Shown here piece after piece: positions 45,685 to 59,432 of a stretch of 64,000 nucleotides of DNA. The stretch is from Carpediemonas membranifera BICM. Its lineage: Eukaryota > Protista > Fornicata. The stretch covers positions 731,666 through 795,665 of the forward strand of contig JAHDYR010000062.1 of the NCBI GenBank assembly GCA_019828565.1, read 5' to 3'. The notes under the pieces were generated by a model. The model was given only the letters and a program-made list of their open reading frames with translations, did no database searches and was not told the DNA's origin. Numbering within the stretch: the stretch's first letter is position 1; each line of letters starts with the position of its first letter. The position numbers and the translations under genes are program-made.

Positions 45685-47150
45685 TTAAACAAGGTCCTCC
45701 TGGATGTCAGAGAGGGTCTCGCTCTCGGCCATCTCGACGTCCTTGGCCTCGGGGGCGGGGACCTCATCGCCGTACTTGAAGACGCTATGTAACACATAAA
45801 TCAAAGAACAAACATGCCGGGCAGACGGATAAGATCGTTGTAGCTGGGTAAGAATGCGATGAAGGGACATACATGGCCATGCCGAAGACGAGGGTGGCGA
45901 AGCCAGCGGCCTGGAGGAACGACCAGGTCAGGTCGAAGCGCTCGCCGTAGACAGTGTGGCGGCCGCCAGAGATGACGAGGTAGTAGATGAAGAGATCGGT
46001 GATCCAGATGGCGAGGGTACGGACGGCCTCGAAGATGGTGCGGTGGACGGCAGTGAGGGCAGACGTCACGAGCATGCCAGAGTAGTTGAGGACGAGGATG
46101 CAGAGGAAGTAGATGCAGGAGAAGGTGAAGATCAGCTTGTTGTTGAACATCATAGCGAAGTCATCGAACACGTTCTCCATGGGCTTGTAGGGGAGGGGGA
46201 AGGCGGGGTCAGAGCCGGGGACGAGCATGGCGATGGGGTAGACGACGAACATCGTGATCAGGGAGCCCCAGACACCCTCCATGCCGACAACCTGCAGGGG
46301 GGCGGCCTTGACGCCGTGGAGGAGGATCTCCTCGGCGACAATCTGAGAGGCCTGGATGAACTGGGAGCCGACGACGCAGAGGCAGCCGAGAGCCTGTTGG
46401 GCAGCGGGGCGGGAGTTAGAGGAGCCGCGGGCGCCCATGATGCAAGAGACACCGACCATGGCGCAGGCGAGGGCGACGGTGGCGACACCAGTCCACTGGT
46501 AGAGGCGGAGGTGCTTGCGGAGGACGGTGACGGAAAGGAGAGCAGAGAAGATAACCATGGAGCCACGGAGCATCTGCATGACGGACACATCGATGAAGAT
46601 GAGGCCGAAGGTCATGAGAGTGGTGGCAAGCAGATCGAAGGTGGCGGGGACAGCGATGTAGATGTAGCCGCGGGCCTCGTCCCAGATCTTGGCCTGGAGA
46701 GACATGGGCTCGGCCTCGGACTCGACGAGGGACTCGACATCGTCCTTGGGAGTCTCGACGTCCTCGGCAAGGAGGTTGCCGGCGTCGGAGGAAGACTCGG
46801 CGCGACTAGCGGCGCGCTGGGCCTTGAAGGTCTTCATGCCGTACTTGAAGCCCATGACCATGAAGTGGAGGCTGAGTAAGCGAGGGACGGAACTCGGTCG
46901 CAGAGAAACATGGTATCGCGCCAGAACTGACGATACCGAGCGACATAGATGGAGTAACAAACATGATGCAGACAGCCATGCCCCAGAACATGATGATGGA
47001 CTGGAAGATGGGCTTCTCAAACTTGTGAGGCGGAGCACTGCTCAGGCCCTTGGCGCTCATGTCCAGCATGAGCTTAGCCGAGATCATAGTGCCCGTACCA
47101 AAGGTGAGCATACCAGCTACACCAAGAATAGCGCTTTTAGGGAAGGCCAT
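45685..47150 (-). CDS. SLC35F6-like DMT/nucleotide-sugar transporter; introns 46872-46962, 45844-45872, 45785-45813
   Basis: FEKPIFQS, PATFDL, SVMQMLRGSMVIFSA, VVGMEGVWG, AVHRTIFEAVRT. Confidence 0.88.
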
Positions 47151-47370
47151 TGCTACTTGCGATCGTCGATACTTTTTTCCGCGTTTCTCACTTTTTCTGC
47201 ACGCGGACTTTTTGGGACGAGCTAACGAGCCAAAGAAGCGTGCAGCGTCGACCAGAACACTCATATAGATGCCGCTAGCAATACTGTGATTGCGGATTAC
47301 CTCGCACCAAACACCCCTACCACACTATGCTAACAGATATCCTTTATACACAATGCACTTAACCCCGCAT

Positions 47371-50300
47371 CTACCAGGGCTTCCAGTGGCGAACCGTCGC
47401 CCACGTCCCGACCGTGAGCAAGTGGGCGAACTGATTCCGCTCATAATCCGCCGCTTCGGTCACACCCGCGGCCGGAGCCTCGGGTAGAGCACATCCGTTG
47501 TGCGTCAGATCATAAATGATGGGCTTGACGGTGTCCTTGTCCACCTTAACACCGAGGCTAAGCCGAGTCACCCTGTTCCTCTCCAGCGCGGCCTCAGCCA
47601 CACGGGCCAGACCCTCCCATTGCTCCAGGTTGGGCGACTTGGCCGACTTGCTAGTGGTAAAGAGCTGCTGGCTTTCCCGGAAATATCGGCTGTAGAACGC
47701 CATGGTCTGGGCGAAGGTCTCAGCGCTCAGTACCTGGCTTCGGGTGCCGCCACACATCTTGTTGAGGCACTTGTCATGATGCTTGGCGGTCAGACGGATC
47801 TCTGTAAGCGGTCTAACGTGATCTTTCGTGACCACCGAGTGAATCTCCGAGATTGACCCAGATCCTAGCATATCTATCAGCTTGGTATCCGATGTCTTGC
47901 TGAGCTCATCATTGATCACGCTCATATTATACCTGCATTGGGGATCAGAACAGGTGTAGAGGCCCGAGTTATGGAGGGTCAAGAGCCTCAGCACGAAACA
48001 CTGGAACTGGGCTGCGACGGACGTTGGTGTGAACTTGTGGCGGCATGTGGAGTTATGGCACCGTTCGACGCTCGAGACTCTGGGGATTCCCTCGGCGTCG
48101 ATGGTATCCCTGAGTACGTTGAGCCGCTTGCCCGGGATGAGGGGCTGGGTGCTGTCCCCGCTCATATTCGACCAGGACGGCCAAGCTGTGCCGTGACCGC
48201 ACTCGGGGCATACTACGACGAAGGGGGGGACGTCAGAGAAGCCGGCAGAGGCGGTGGCCTCACGGTGCTCAGTGAGGCGGACAGCGGAGAGGTTCTGGAT
48301 GCCGATCATCGCTGCGAGCGACATGCGGTCGAAGCAGACGTCGGGGTTAACCAAGAGACGCTCGAGTGCTCCGTGTACTTTCTTGATGAGGTACGCATCA
48401 AGGTCGATCTCGGGCCGTTCCGTCTGGGACAGGCTGATGAAGTGCTGGAGGTCGATAGCGCCCTGGGTGTCCTTCGTGAGCAGGTAGTTGATGATAGCTC
48501 CTTTCTTGTACACCTTATCTGGGTTTCTGAGGGCTGCGACTGCATGGATGGGCTTCGTCCTGTAATCCTCGGGGTCTTTGCTCAGCATCCCGCCCATGGT
48601 GAAGAGGGCGAGGTCTTCCTCCTTGAGCTCCTCCTTGGGCGTTTCGGACACTCTCTGCAGGATGGCCTTGGGGCTGTTGGGACCGTCAAAGAAGTCTCTG
48701 ATCGTCGCCTCAATGGCTGACTCGTATGACTGCTCTTCAAACAACGCCTTGATGACTCGTGCAGAGACCTCTGATGCCATACGGCCCGCGTCACGGCGGA
48801 CGAGGTCAAGGCCCTTCACCTCATGCTTGTACGCCACATGCGAGTGGTCGCCGTCCCCCACCTTGTACGCCATATTTGCAGCGTACTTCTTCTTGTTGAC
48901 CAGGAGGATACTTGCCATGATGCCGTCGAGACCAAGCTGCAGGCCCTTACACTCTGGCGTCCGGGCGACAATCTCGGCAATCTCGTCGGCAATCGACTCC
49001 AGCCTGCGGTAGTTGGTCAGAATCTTGCGACGGTCCTCCTCAACTTGTGCGGGGGTGGCGTTGTGGGCCACAGAGGGAGCGATGAAGACACTGGGGCACG
49101 CCTTAACCATGATGGAATCTGTGTCGCCGTAGACGACCTCAAAGGAGTAGGGCACGCCGTCCTTCACGATGCGGGACTTCTCGGCTGCTGCCTTCGCTGC
49201 GATGATGGCGCCACGGCCTACTTCAGTGACCCTCCGCGCGATAGTCTCGGCGTAGTATCGAGAGAGTCTAAACCCAAGAGAACCGTACATCGAGTTCGCA
49301 CAGATCTTGAGGGCCAGCTGCTTCGTGTTCAGGACGTCGCGCTGCTTCTCGTCCATCTCAGGATCGCGCATGAGGCCGCGGACGGTGCGTCGATCCTGCA
49401 CGAGGCCCTCGATGACCTTGGGGATGACAGTCTCCTCGGTCGAATCCTCCATGGGCTCATCGACATCGGTGGCGTCCTCATCGTCGATGTCTGTGGCCTC
49501 ACCGTCCTCAGCGGGACTCGCAGTATCATGGAGTTGCCTAGCAATCTGTCTAGACGTTACATGACAGAGGTTGTGGGCGATGATGATGGAGGGGTAAAGC
49601 GAGTTGAAGTCCAGAAGCAGTACACCGCTGTTGTGCATGCCTCGGACGGGGTCAAGCACCACACCACCCTTGTACTTGGGCTTCTTCCCGCCCTTGTCAT
49701 CCCCAGCCTCTGCATCGAGCTCCGTCTTCCTTCCCATGGAGATCCTATCGGGCAGGACATACCTAGCCTTGTCGTTGAACGCATGGTTGAGAATAGCCTC
49801 AATGCGCTCGGCTCTGCCTGCTGTTAGTACTCTGTTGAGCGTGTGGCCAGTGGTCATGGCGAGTTGGGCCATGAGGGGGATCATGTTCTCACGCTGGGCG
49901 AGACCCATGGCTAGGATAGCACCCTCGACTGCACGGGCGGCGACGACGGGGAGGCCGCGAGCTCTACAACTCTCATAGAACGAGGCGTATTGGCTATGCT
50001 CGGACGTGCGGTCCGTGGCTCCAGAGAGCTCGGCCAGCTCGAGGAGGTTATCAGTCTTAATATGCGTCGTACTGATCTCCTTGTACACCGTGTCTGTGTC
50101 GATAAAGAGTCGGCCCTTGGTGAATTCTCTGAGTACAGTCTTGGGCAGAGTCATGGCGATCCTCATGGGGTTCACCGAGTGTGCCATAGAGTTCGCTCGC
50201 TTGGTCCACTGGCTATTTGGTGCTTCCACAGCCATCTTCGCCTGGCCCTTGGGGCCGCGGCAGAGGTGGTACAGCCGCAACTTCGCCATGGTCTGCTTGC

Positions 50301-52302
50301 CACCACGGAGCTTGGCACCGACAGTTGCGATGTCTGAGAAGCAGTACGAGACGAGCTGCCGCATGGTGCCCTCTAGACCGTGACCGAGCAATACCTCGAC
50401 TCCAGTGGAGTTGATCTGCTGGAAGATCATGCCGGCGAGCATGCTGGCGCTCTTACAGTGGCGCATCTGGACGTTGATGCCGCGCTGGCTCTTGATCACC
50501 TCGTGAACCGCAGTGGTAAGCGGCGTTGTAAGCCCGTTAAACTGCGAATTATAAACAGGCCTCTCCGCGCTAAACCCGGCAGCGGGCAGGGGGACCTTAG
50601 GCTCGGGCATGGTGGTGTAGACCGTGGTGGCGAGCATGTGTCTGTAGGGCACTACGTGGGCGAGTGATATGTCGGGAATGTCGGTAACCGCGACAGTGAC
50701 GTGGTCCTCGACGATCTCACCAGCTTGGAGCTCGCACTCATCCATGTCTACGAGCTCGCCGGTCACACGGCGCTTCATCTTGTGGCGGTGGAGGCCGAGA
50801 GAGACTCCGTGGAGGGTATAAGCGTCGGCCACGGGGTGGGCATCGCTGAGCTCGAACACCGCGCCAGACATGACCTTGGCGTAGGGGAACGTGAGCTCGA
50901 AGGCGCAGTTGGTCGTCCTGTTGGCACTAGTTGCCGGGAGCTGGACGGGCTTACCATCACTATCAGCCAGCATCCCTTCTTGGTTGGCCACCAGGTTTCT
51001 CACAGCGATCCTCGTCGGACCCTTGATGCCGAGAGCAATCTGGATACGTTGCTCAGGTGTGAAAGTGACTCCAGATACAAATCTAATATGGGGATTCGAC
51101 TTGATAACATTGAGTAAGTCATCCTGGATCGCGTCACCTCTTCCCCATGTCACACGGTCGTTGGCAACCGGGGGGACAAGCACCCGCACCCACTGGCGCA
51201 GGCCATGGGGGACGTCGACGTCGTCAAAGCCTGCCGCGTGGAAGATGTACTCACGTTCAACCACTGAGATTGACCCGCGGGTGATGATCTCCGACCATGG
51301 GCAGATTATGTCGGCGACGGAGGTCATACGATGACTGGCACCAGACTTTAGCCGGACCCGCTCCGCCCACCCCTGCTCCAGCTTGGCGAGCTGGGCCTGA
51401 TCGCAGGAACTAGACTCCGTAGTGGCGAAGTAGAGCTCATACATTGGTACGCTGTGGACCACGATGGCGGCAGAGGCAGGGCTGCCAGGGGTACCGGTGT
51501 CTGCGTCGACTGTGGCTGCCTGACCGTAGAAAACGACGCGGCCGGGGTGATTGGCGATGTACGAGTCGTAGGCGAAGAGGTCGACTGGGTTTGCGAGGAC
51601 GAGGTTGGCGGCGGGGGCGCCGAGGACGGGCGAGGCTACTGGGGAGAGCGACATGGAGCGGACCCCAGGGGCTCCGGGCCGGGGTGACTGCGGGGGTGAC
51701 TGGGAGAAGGCAGGGGCGGGTGCGTAGGCTGCGGCGGGTCGGGTGACTCTGGTCCGCTCTTTCTTCACGAAGACAGGCATGGCGAGCTCCTCCTCCTCGC
51801 GCTCGGGGGCAGGCGCGGGTTCCTCAGTCTTCACAGGCTCCTCCGGGGCGCCCATGTCCTCGTCTTTGGGTTCTTCCTTGGGAACGATGGTCTCAAACCC
51901 GGCTTGGCGCTTGGGCTTCTTCGGGCCGAGCCCGGCGGCGAGATCAAAGCCGAAGCGGCGGCTCTTACCCTGGGGGCGGGGCTTGTGCGACGTCAGGTCC
52001 TTCTCGATCGTCTCCATCTCCTCATCGTGGATCTCGGGCATCGCCACGCGGGCCTTCTTCGTGCGCACAAAGGCCTTCGCGATAGGAAGGTTCTCGATCG
52101 GGCCCTTGGTATCCTCAACTGTATGGGCACGCGCACGCTCCTCCTCCATTTCGGCTTGCTCGGCGATAATATCGTATTCATCATACATGTCGTCGTAGGC
52201 CTCTTCCACGGCATAACTGCGTTAGAGCGAAATGAATGAAACATACTCATCTAGTTGTGCCCATTCAGGCTTCTCGTTATTGGCCTTGTCCTTCTTTGGC
52301 AT
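47371..52302 (-). CDS. POLA1: DNA polymerase alpha catalytic subunit; 30-nt intron 52217-52246
   Basis: GRAERIE, KYKGGVVLDP, LLLDFNSLYPSII, KQLALKICANSMYG, YGDTDS, KGLDLVRRD and C-terminal Cys clusters. Confidence 0.95.
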
Positions 52303-52433
52303 CTTCGGCTCGATTGCGCGAACTGAAATAAAACTGCACCATAAATGTGATTTATGTGTTACGTGTGTAGAGAGGCCGGTTTAGAGAGTTTATGAATTTA
52401 CTCGATTGTATGTAAACATGTACATACCATTAT

Positions 52434-53031
52434 TCAGCCATTGCGGGGCGCCGAAGCGCCTCCACGCTGACTCCGCTGGATGGCGGCGGTGGGAGGGGGT
52501 GGGGGGAGATGTGGAGGATTGATCACGGACGTGGCCAGATGGAGCAGGCGGTGTGCCTTGCGGAGCTCGAATGACTTCTTCAGTAGCCAGCCCATCAGTG
52601 CGATTGCGAGAACCGACCGAGCTCGGCGGTCAGTAAAGCATTCTGCGCCGGTGATCGTGCAGATATCCTGTCCGATTTCAACCAGACTCCTGGCGGCTGA
52701 CTCGATGTGGCTGCCGGTTGGAGTGAGTGCGACGACGATAACGTCAACATTGTAGTCGGCGTACTGGTCCTTCTTCTTCTGGATGAATGAGTCCGAGTCA
52801 GACTTGCCGACTGTGACCTCAATCACTAGAGGACGGCCGTTTCGGAGCAGAGGCTCATTAATCAGGATATCTGCGCGTGCCTGCGTGATCTTACTTGCCT
52901 GATCAGCGATTGCTTGCGGAATAGGCCTGTTTGCTTTCTGCAGGCGTTCCATTTCGTCGTATGCAACCTTCGCTCGGTACTTCTCGTCCTTTAGGAGCCC
53001 ATCATCAAGGGGTTCCTCATGAAGGACCTCT
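52434..53031 (-). mobile_element. 3' fragment of an RLE-type (R2/CRE-like) non-LTR retrotransposon
   Basis: ARADILI...VIEVTV...KKKDQY restriction-like endonuclease pattern. The frame is cut at the 53032 LTR boundary. Confidence 0.55.
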
Positions 53032-53081
53032 TGTGGCGTTGGCTTAAAGCAAAAAGGTGTTTATCAATTGATTACTCCACA
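53032..53081 (-). repeat. Putative 50-bp 3' LTR (TGTGG...CCACA)
   Basis: 5-bp inverted termini, immediately after the purine tract AGGGAGGGCAG at the end of the integrase. Confidence 0.65.
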
Positions 53082-54062
53082 CTGCCCTCCCTGAGCAGCC
53101 GAGGGTGCTTCGTCAGGTAAGCTTTGGCGGCCGGCGTATGTGCAAGCGCCTCGACTGGCTCTGTCGTAATCGCGTCGGACCCGACCCAGCGGACCTTGAG
53201 TAAACCGTCGCGGGTGTGACCCACGATCTTATCTACGAACCACTCTTCTTGGTCGCTCGAAGCGAGGTAAGCGAGCTCGCTCTCTTTGAGATCCGTCTTA
53301 AGAGGTATAAGGTGAGACAGGTGCACTGTCCGTCGTGTCGGTGTTGACTGCCCTTTGTCGGCGAGGAGCGGTGTTACGACGGCATTGTAATCGTGCACTG
53401 TGACGACCTTGAATGGGCCTGCGTGACCGTGGAGCTTGGTCTCTTGAATATTCTTTCGAAGCACGAAGTCTCCTGGCTTCAGTTTGGTCTTCGTGGGAGC
53501 CTCTGCCCTCCCTTCACGGTGGCGCTTGGCCTTCTCGTGAAGTTGCGCGGACCGAACGAGCTTGCTGAGTAGAGTGTCGGTCGTGGTGAGGTACTCTGCG
53601 ACTGAGTGGAGGGGGTTGTTGTCGGCGTAGTCCGAAGCATCTTTCGGGCGAATCACCTGCCGTGAGGCCGCCGCTGTGCCGTAAAAGCAGCTCCATAGGG
53701 GTGAAGCCTGTCGTTGAGTGTGTCGTGGTGTTGAGGATCCAGGCTACATAGGGGAGTATGTGGGTCGACCACTCGGAGAACTTGTCGAATTCGAGGGCTA
53801 GTACCCTCATGTGACGTTTGATTTCTCTGTTGACCCGCTCGACCAGCCCGTTGGACTGTGGGTGGAAGGGTGTGGTCTTGTGGTGGCTGGCGTTGAGCCT
53901 CTCGATGAGACCGGTGACGATTCTGTTGGCATATTCCGGTCCACCGTCAGTGTGTAAGACCTCTGGAATCCCGTGCCGGCAAATGATGGACCAGATGGCC
54001 GCCGCGGCCGAGTCGGCGTTGTTAGAAGGCGATGGTATGAGCTCGGTAAACCTGGTGAACGA
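53072..54062 (-). mobile_element. Gypsy-type integrase + chromodomain fragment (frameshifted, 5' truncated)
   Basis: SFTRF, HGIPEVLHTDGGPEY, PFHPQSNGLVERVN, GDFVL...GPFKV, WFVDKIVGH..LKVRWVG. Confidence 0.9.
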
Positions 54063-57000
54063 AGAAAGAAAGAAATTTATGGTGCTTGGATTCTGACCCC
54101 GGACTGAGCTTGTTTCCCGTTGTCTTGGAGCTGAGTGCCCCGGGGTACTGCCTATTTCCCGTGGCAAACTGGTCAGCAGCGTTTGCCTTGGGCTTTCGGT
54201 GCTACTGTCTCCGCGGAAAGCCGATTCCAATCGCCCCAGAGGCCCTGCGGCCATCTCCGTGCAAATATGCTTTCCTGTCTCCCTGAAAGTCCGGCAACTA
54301 TCCGGGGAGCCTGGGGGTCTGTCCTCGGGGCGTTGACAGGCAGGATCGTCCTGCAGAACCTTGACTATGACACTCCTTGCTTCCCTGCAGTCCTTGTAGA
54401 GCCGTTCAGCCACGGCACCCTCTCGTCTGTCCGGTTCCCCAATTCCATGCCCCCTCGACTCTGTTAAGAAGCCTACCCGAAGGCGGGGAAAGTGACTAAG
54501 TCCATGCTGTCTACCCCGGTTAGGTGGCGTGGGTCAGGGCATGGGTGGTGTACCCCCAGGCACTAGGCCTGGTTGTCCTGTTACCCCTTACAACATTTCG
54601 CTTGCACTACATGTCCTTGGTTTCCCATGTCGTTAACAAGGGCGGCAGGGGCACCTGTGCCCCTCCGACCCCCGTGGCCAGTCCCTGCAGTTTCCTTGGG
54701 GTCCCAACGAGTGGTGCAACCATATGAATATGGATTTCCTTGACCTTATCCTTGCTCTGTCCTTGTTGCATGTCCTTTCTTTCTTATTTCTGGTCTGTCC
54801 TTCCTGTTATTTCCTTTGCAGTCGTTCCTTCCCTTGCTTTGGTTCCTGGCTACCGGGATACGTGGGGCCTTTCCTCACTGATCCCAGGAGCTTAGCACCA
54901 GCGAGGGTGGTCCATGGCTGATTCCTTGTCCATCCCTTCCCGGTCCTGGAGTCAGGGGTTTATGACATGCTTCTATTCCACCTTGAAGCTGTTGTAAACC
55001 TTTGCCAGTTCCCGTAGTCCTGCCGTGAGGCCTTCCCAAATGTCCTCCGAGCCCCATATTATTAGTTGCTGTAATTCTAGGATGGGTCTTTCCTGGTACC
55101 ATTCGCCCTGGGGGCCCTGCCTTACTTCCAAGTCCTTAGTTTTGTGCTTCGCTGCTGTCCACAGCTTTGTCCAGGCTCCTCCCCTGTCTACTGCCGGGCA
55201 TTCACAGATTATGTGCGCTGCCGATCCTAGCCTCTGGCCCTCTGCCCACTCCCTGATCATTTCCTGCTTCCTTGCTGGTCCTGGCTTTTCCCTAATGATC
55301 CTGTAGAACAGGCTCACCTCCGACTCCTCCGAGCATAGGGGGCATAGTCTGCTAATTTCTCTCTTCAGGTCAGCGCCTTGGGCCAGCTCTGTGATGGCTC
55401 TCATAGGGCCCTCCCCTCTCTCTGCCGACGATGGGGATGGGCTGACATTGGCTGCAATGGACACAATTCTCTTCCATTCCGCCCTGCTTTGCCCCTTCCC
55501 AGCCTTTCGGTCTACCGTAGGCTTACCTTGCAGACACTTGCTTAATTTCCTTGTCCCCATGATTTCCATTAGTCCTAGTGCCGTACGGCTTTTGCACCGC
55601 TTCATCCACCCCCTCCTGATCGTTTCCATGCCATAATCCAGTAGCGCTGGTTTAGGGGCTCCCTCTCTGGTGCCCTCCAGTAGATGCTGCACTCTCTCCC
55701 TAGCTTCCCACATAACCGTGCCCCGCCCCCATTCTCTGTTTCTGACTGATATATCCTGGTCCCTGTAGTTGACTATCCTTTTGACTGCCAGCCATTCCAT
55801 GTGTGCCTGGAGGTCCACCCATCCATTCATCAGCCTCATGGCTGCGCCCCTCCCGGTCCTGTTCCTGCCATGATTCCCTGCCAGTCATTCCAGATCCTTC
55901 TACCTCCCGGTGCGTTCCCCCACACCTCGACTCCGAAGAGGATCCTGGGCCATATATATATTTCCAGTAGTAGCCTGCTCGCTAGTGCTGGCATGTTTGC
56001 CCTGGTCCACCCTGCCCATCTCACCAGTCTCTTGTACCTTTCGCTCTGCTCCTGTTTCCGCCTTATGCAGGCCGACATAGGGTCCTTCCCACTTGCGATC
56101 CATAATCCCAGGTATCTCGCCTCCTTCTCTGGCAGTAGTGTTACCCCCTCGATCCTGACTAGGGCTGTTCTGTCCACGCTAATCATTACATTCTTCTGGG
56201 CGTTCACCCTCATTTCATGCTCTCTGATTATGTCCACCATTATGTTGGCGACCATCTGGCTATGCTCCGGTTTGCTCCCTGTGACCGCAGTGTCATCCAC
56301 AAACATGGTAAGTGCTGCCGGTAGTCAGTCGCTGAGGTGGCTCGTGGTCCTTGGCGGTTCTCTGATGTCGTACCGTTCTCCCTTGATTTTCTTTCTGGCC
56401 AGGTGGGGCCAGTTAGCCATGAACAGCACAAACAGTGTCGGTGCCAGGACGCACCCTTGCTTAACTCCCCTGTTGGTTCTTTCCCATGCCTTTGCCCCCT
56501 TGACTGATATCCAGGTTTCCTTTATTGTGCCTTGAATTGCCCTGATCAAGTGCTCCTCCACCCCCATACCCTGTAGCTTATCCATGAGAATGTCCCTTGG
56601 TACCGTGTCATATGCCTTCTCGATGTCCAGAAAGATTGACGTGGTCTCACCCCCTCCTGGTGCCGCTGCACAATGTACTGTATCTGCTGGATGACGTCCC
56701 TGTCTGACTGGAAACCAGCCTGTTCTCTTGGTATGAACCTTTTCGTTGCTGCTTCCAGACGTATCTTGAGCAATCTACCATAGACCCTGTACAGCAGTGG
56801 TGTCAAGGATATTGGTCTATATGATTCCGGCTTGACCCTTGGCTTCCCTGTCTTGTGTATGGCCGACACTGTGGCATACTTCCATGCTTTGGGTACGTCG
56901 CCCTCCCTGTAGACCCTGTTGATGAGCCTCGTCACTTCCCTAAGGCCTTTCTCATCCAGCTCTCTCAGCATGTCTCCAGATGTGAGGTCAGGCCCTGGTG

Positions 57001-57784
57001 CGGTGTCCCTCCTGATCCTTTTGATTGCGGCTTTGACCTCGCTTTCCTTGAACTCATTTCCGTCCCTGCCCCTCCATGTCTTCCAGGTGGGTTCCCTGCC
57101 TCTGCTGACTCTAGCATACTGTTGCAAGAGGATCTCGCTGATGGCCGCCTTGTCCGTGGTTATCACTCCGTCCTTGAGGAGGCTCTCCGGCATTCCCTTG
57201 TATTGGTTTTCACACCACCACCTTCTGATGGCAGCTTCCACTGAGGCCCTTGAGGCCCTATACCCCCTTTTTGCACTTCTGCTGATGTCGGCCACCCATT
57301 TGGCCCTGCGCTCTCCCCAGTATTTCTCCAGCTCCTCTTTCATCCTTTCCTTCCTGGTCCTGTTGCCTATTTCTGTCCATGGGGTTCGCTGGAGTTCGCT
57401 CCACACTCCGTTCCCGAACACTTTGTCCCTTGCCTTTGCTCCCCTGTTGTTCACTGGGTCGCCCATGCATGCTTTTATAGTCTCTTCCCATTGGTCCGAG
57501 CTCTTGATCCTGTTCAGCTTTGAGACTGTGACTGGCCCCTCCTTCTTTTTCATGGGCCAGGTGTGCACCTCGGGTATGGCCAGAGCCACGTCTCGCTCAC
57601 TTCTGCCATAGTACCGTTGTTCCTTCCATGCTAGTGTGATTCCATTGTGTGCTGAGCCCCATACCCCGACCTTCTGAGACTCTACCACCTCAATCTCCGC
57701 CCCCTGGATTCCTGGTGTTGTCACTGCAAAGTCCGGGGTTGATGTTCCTGATGTGAGCGTCCCAGACTTGGGTATGATGGCTTT
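54061..57784 (-). mobile_element. Degenerate APE-type LINE (end of APE, RT, CCHC, ~0.9-kb 3' region, (TTTC)n tail)
   Basis: YRPISL, EQAGF, LDIEKAYDTV, GVKQGCVLAPTLF, MFVDD, YLG, CPLC..HIICEC in four frames. ATAAA + TTTCTTTCTTTCTTC at 54061-54080. Confidence 0.88.
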
Positions 57785-59407
57785 GAGCAACGCAACTGGA
57801 AGATCGTGGAGAAGGAGATGTTCTCCGTCTACGCGACATGCGAGCGGTTCGACTCCATCCTGTGAGGGACCCCGACGATACTACACACTGATAACTCATG
57901 TCTGGTGTCAATGGTGACCAGCGCGACGCCGAAAGTGGTCCGTTGGGCGCTCGAACTCGCTAGATTCCCGATCATCGAGATCTGCCATGTCCCGGGTCTG
58001 ACAAATTCAGCCGCGGACGCACTGAGCCGTCTGCCGGTGATTATGTCGATCCCGGAGTCAGGCTCACTGACGGACGAGCAGAAGCGGGAGCGCTTCCTCT
58101 TTGTCCACCTGCGTCACCACGCCGGGGTGGACACGTCCATCCATCTGCTCCAGGTCGCTGGTCTGGACTGGCCCGGCTCCCGACCTGACGTCCAGCGCTT
58201 CGTCCAGGGCTGCATCACGTGCCAGCGCGACCGCGCCGTCCCAGACGTTGCCTACAACCCGGCAGGCTTACCGCCAGCCCGACCTCTAGCCACTCTCTAC
58301 ATCGACTCGGTGGGCCCCATCGCCCCGGCCGACGAAGGCTACGAGTACATCATGACGTGCGTGGACTCCACCACTCATCTGACCCACCTCATTCCGCTGA
58401 AAACTTTAACTCCCAGAGAGACAATCGAGGCCATCCGCACCAACATCATTGGGCGGTGGGCTACGCCCGACACCATCGTGACGGACTCTGGCGGACAGTT
58501 TAAGAACGCGGAGTTCGATCGTTTCACCGCTACATACGGCATACATCACCACATCACCACGCCACAGCGCCACGAGGCCAATGGGCTGGTGGAGAGATTT
58601 AACCGCGAGGTTAACAAGCATTTGCGCATCGCAGTGTCCACTCTCCTCGATTCCCCACGCACACACTGGCGTTCCGCCGTGATGACCGCGGAGGTCAACA
58701 TTAACGCGACTCCTTCGCGAATCTTAGGCAATAAGACACCCAGGGAGGCCGCACTAGCCGCCGCGCTGGCCTTCCACCAGGTTAAGCGCGCTGAGCCGTC
58801 CACGTCTGAACCAGTCACTCCTGAGACCCAAGAACAGGCCGCCGCCGTCCTTGCGCGTATCCAAGAGCAGCAGCTCGTCAGGAGGGGGAAGAAAGACGAG
58901 CTCTATCCTGTCATTGGGTCCAAGGAGCTCCATCCTGGCAACTGGGTCCTCGTCAAGCGGGACAAGCCCATTCCACGCATGGAGTACGCCATGAGAGGCC
59001 CGTACCACGTCATCCGCCAGCTCGGCAACGGCACCTACGAGATCCAGAATCCCACCACCAGGGTCATCATCGTCAGACACGCCAACCGTCTCGCCAAGCT
59101 GCAGCACCCCCCGGGTTCCATCGATGAGGCTCGTAAGATGTTCGAGTCCGACAACACCTGGAAGACAGTCGACCATGTGGTTGACTGGCGCTCTCACCCC
59201 ACGACCCACGAGCCGATCTGCATGCTCCGCTGGCTCGGGTTTGAGCAGGACGAAGACTCCGAACTGCCCCTGAGTGAGGTCCGCACTCTTGATGCTCTCT
59301 TGAAGTATCGCGACCTTCACCCGCAGTTCGACAAGGCCTGCAAGCGCTTCGAAAGCGCTCATCCGGGCAGGAACTCGCGTCCACGCACTCGCACTCCTCG
59401 TCGTTAG
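57785..59407 (+). mobile_element. Gypsy-type pol fragment: RNase H, HHCC-DDE integrase, GPY, chromodomain; in-frame TGA at 57863-57865
   Basis: RNWKIVEKE..TDN..RWALEL, NSAADALSRL, H..HH..CITC, IDSVGP, TDSGGQF, NGLVERFN, GPYHV, LRWLGF. Confidence 0.92.
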
Positions 59408-59432
59408 TGCCGGTTCGGCCTCTGGAGGGGAA

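Noticed and set aside
53514-54413. 299-aa ORF as an integrase with a novel N-terminus
   Set aside because: Chimeric read-through from the LINE 3' tail into the truncated integrase.
57863-57865. Programmed readthrough or selenocysteine at the TGA in RNase H
   Set aside because: The element is truncated, so a simple nonsense mutation is more parsimonious.
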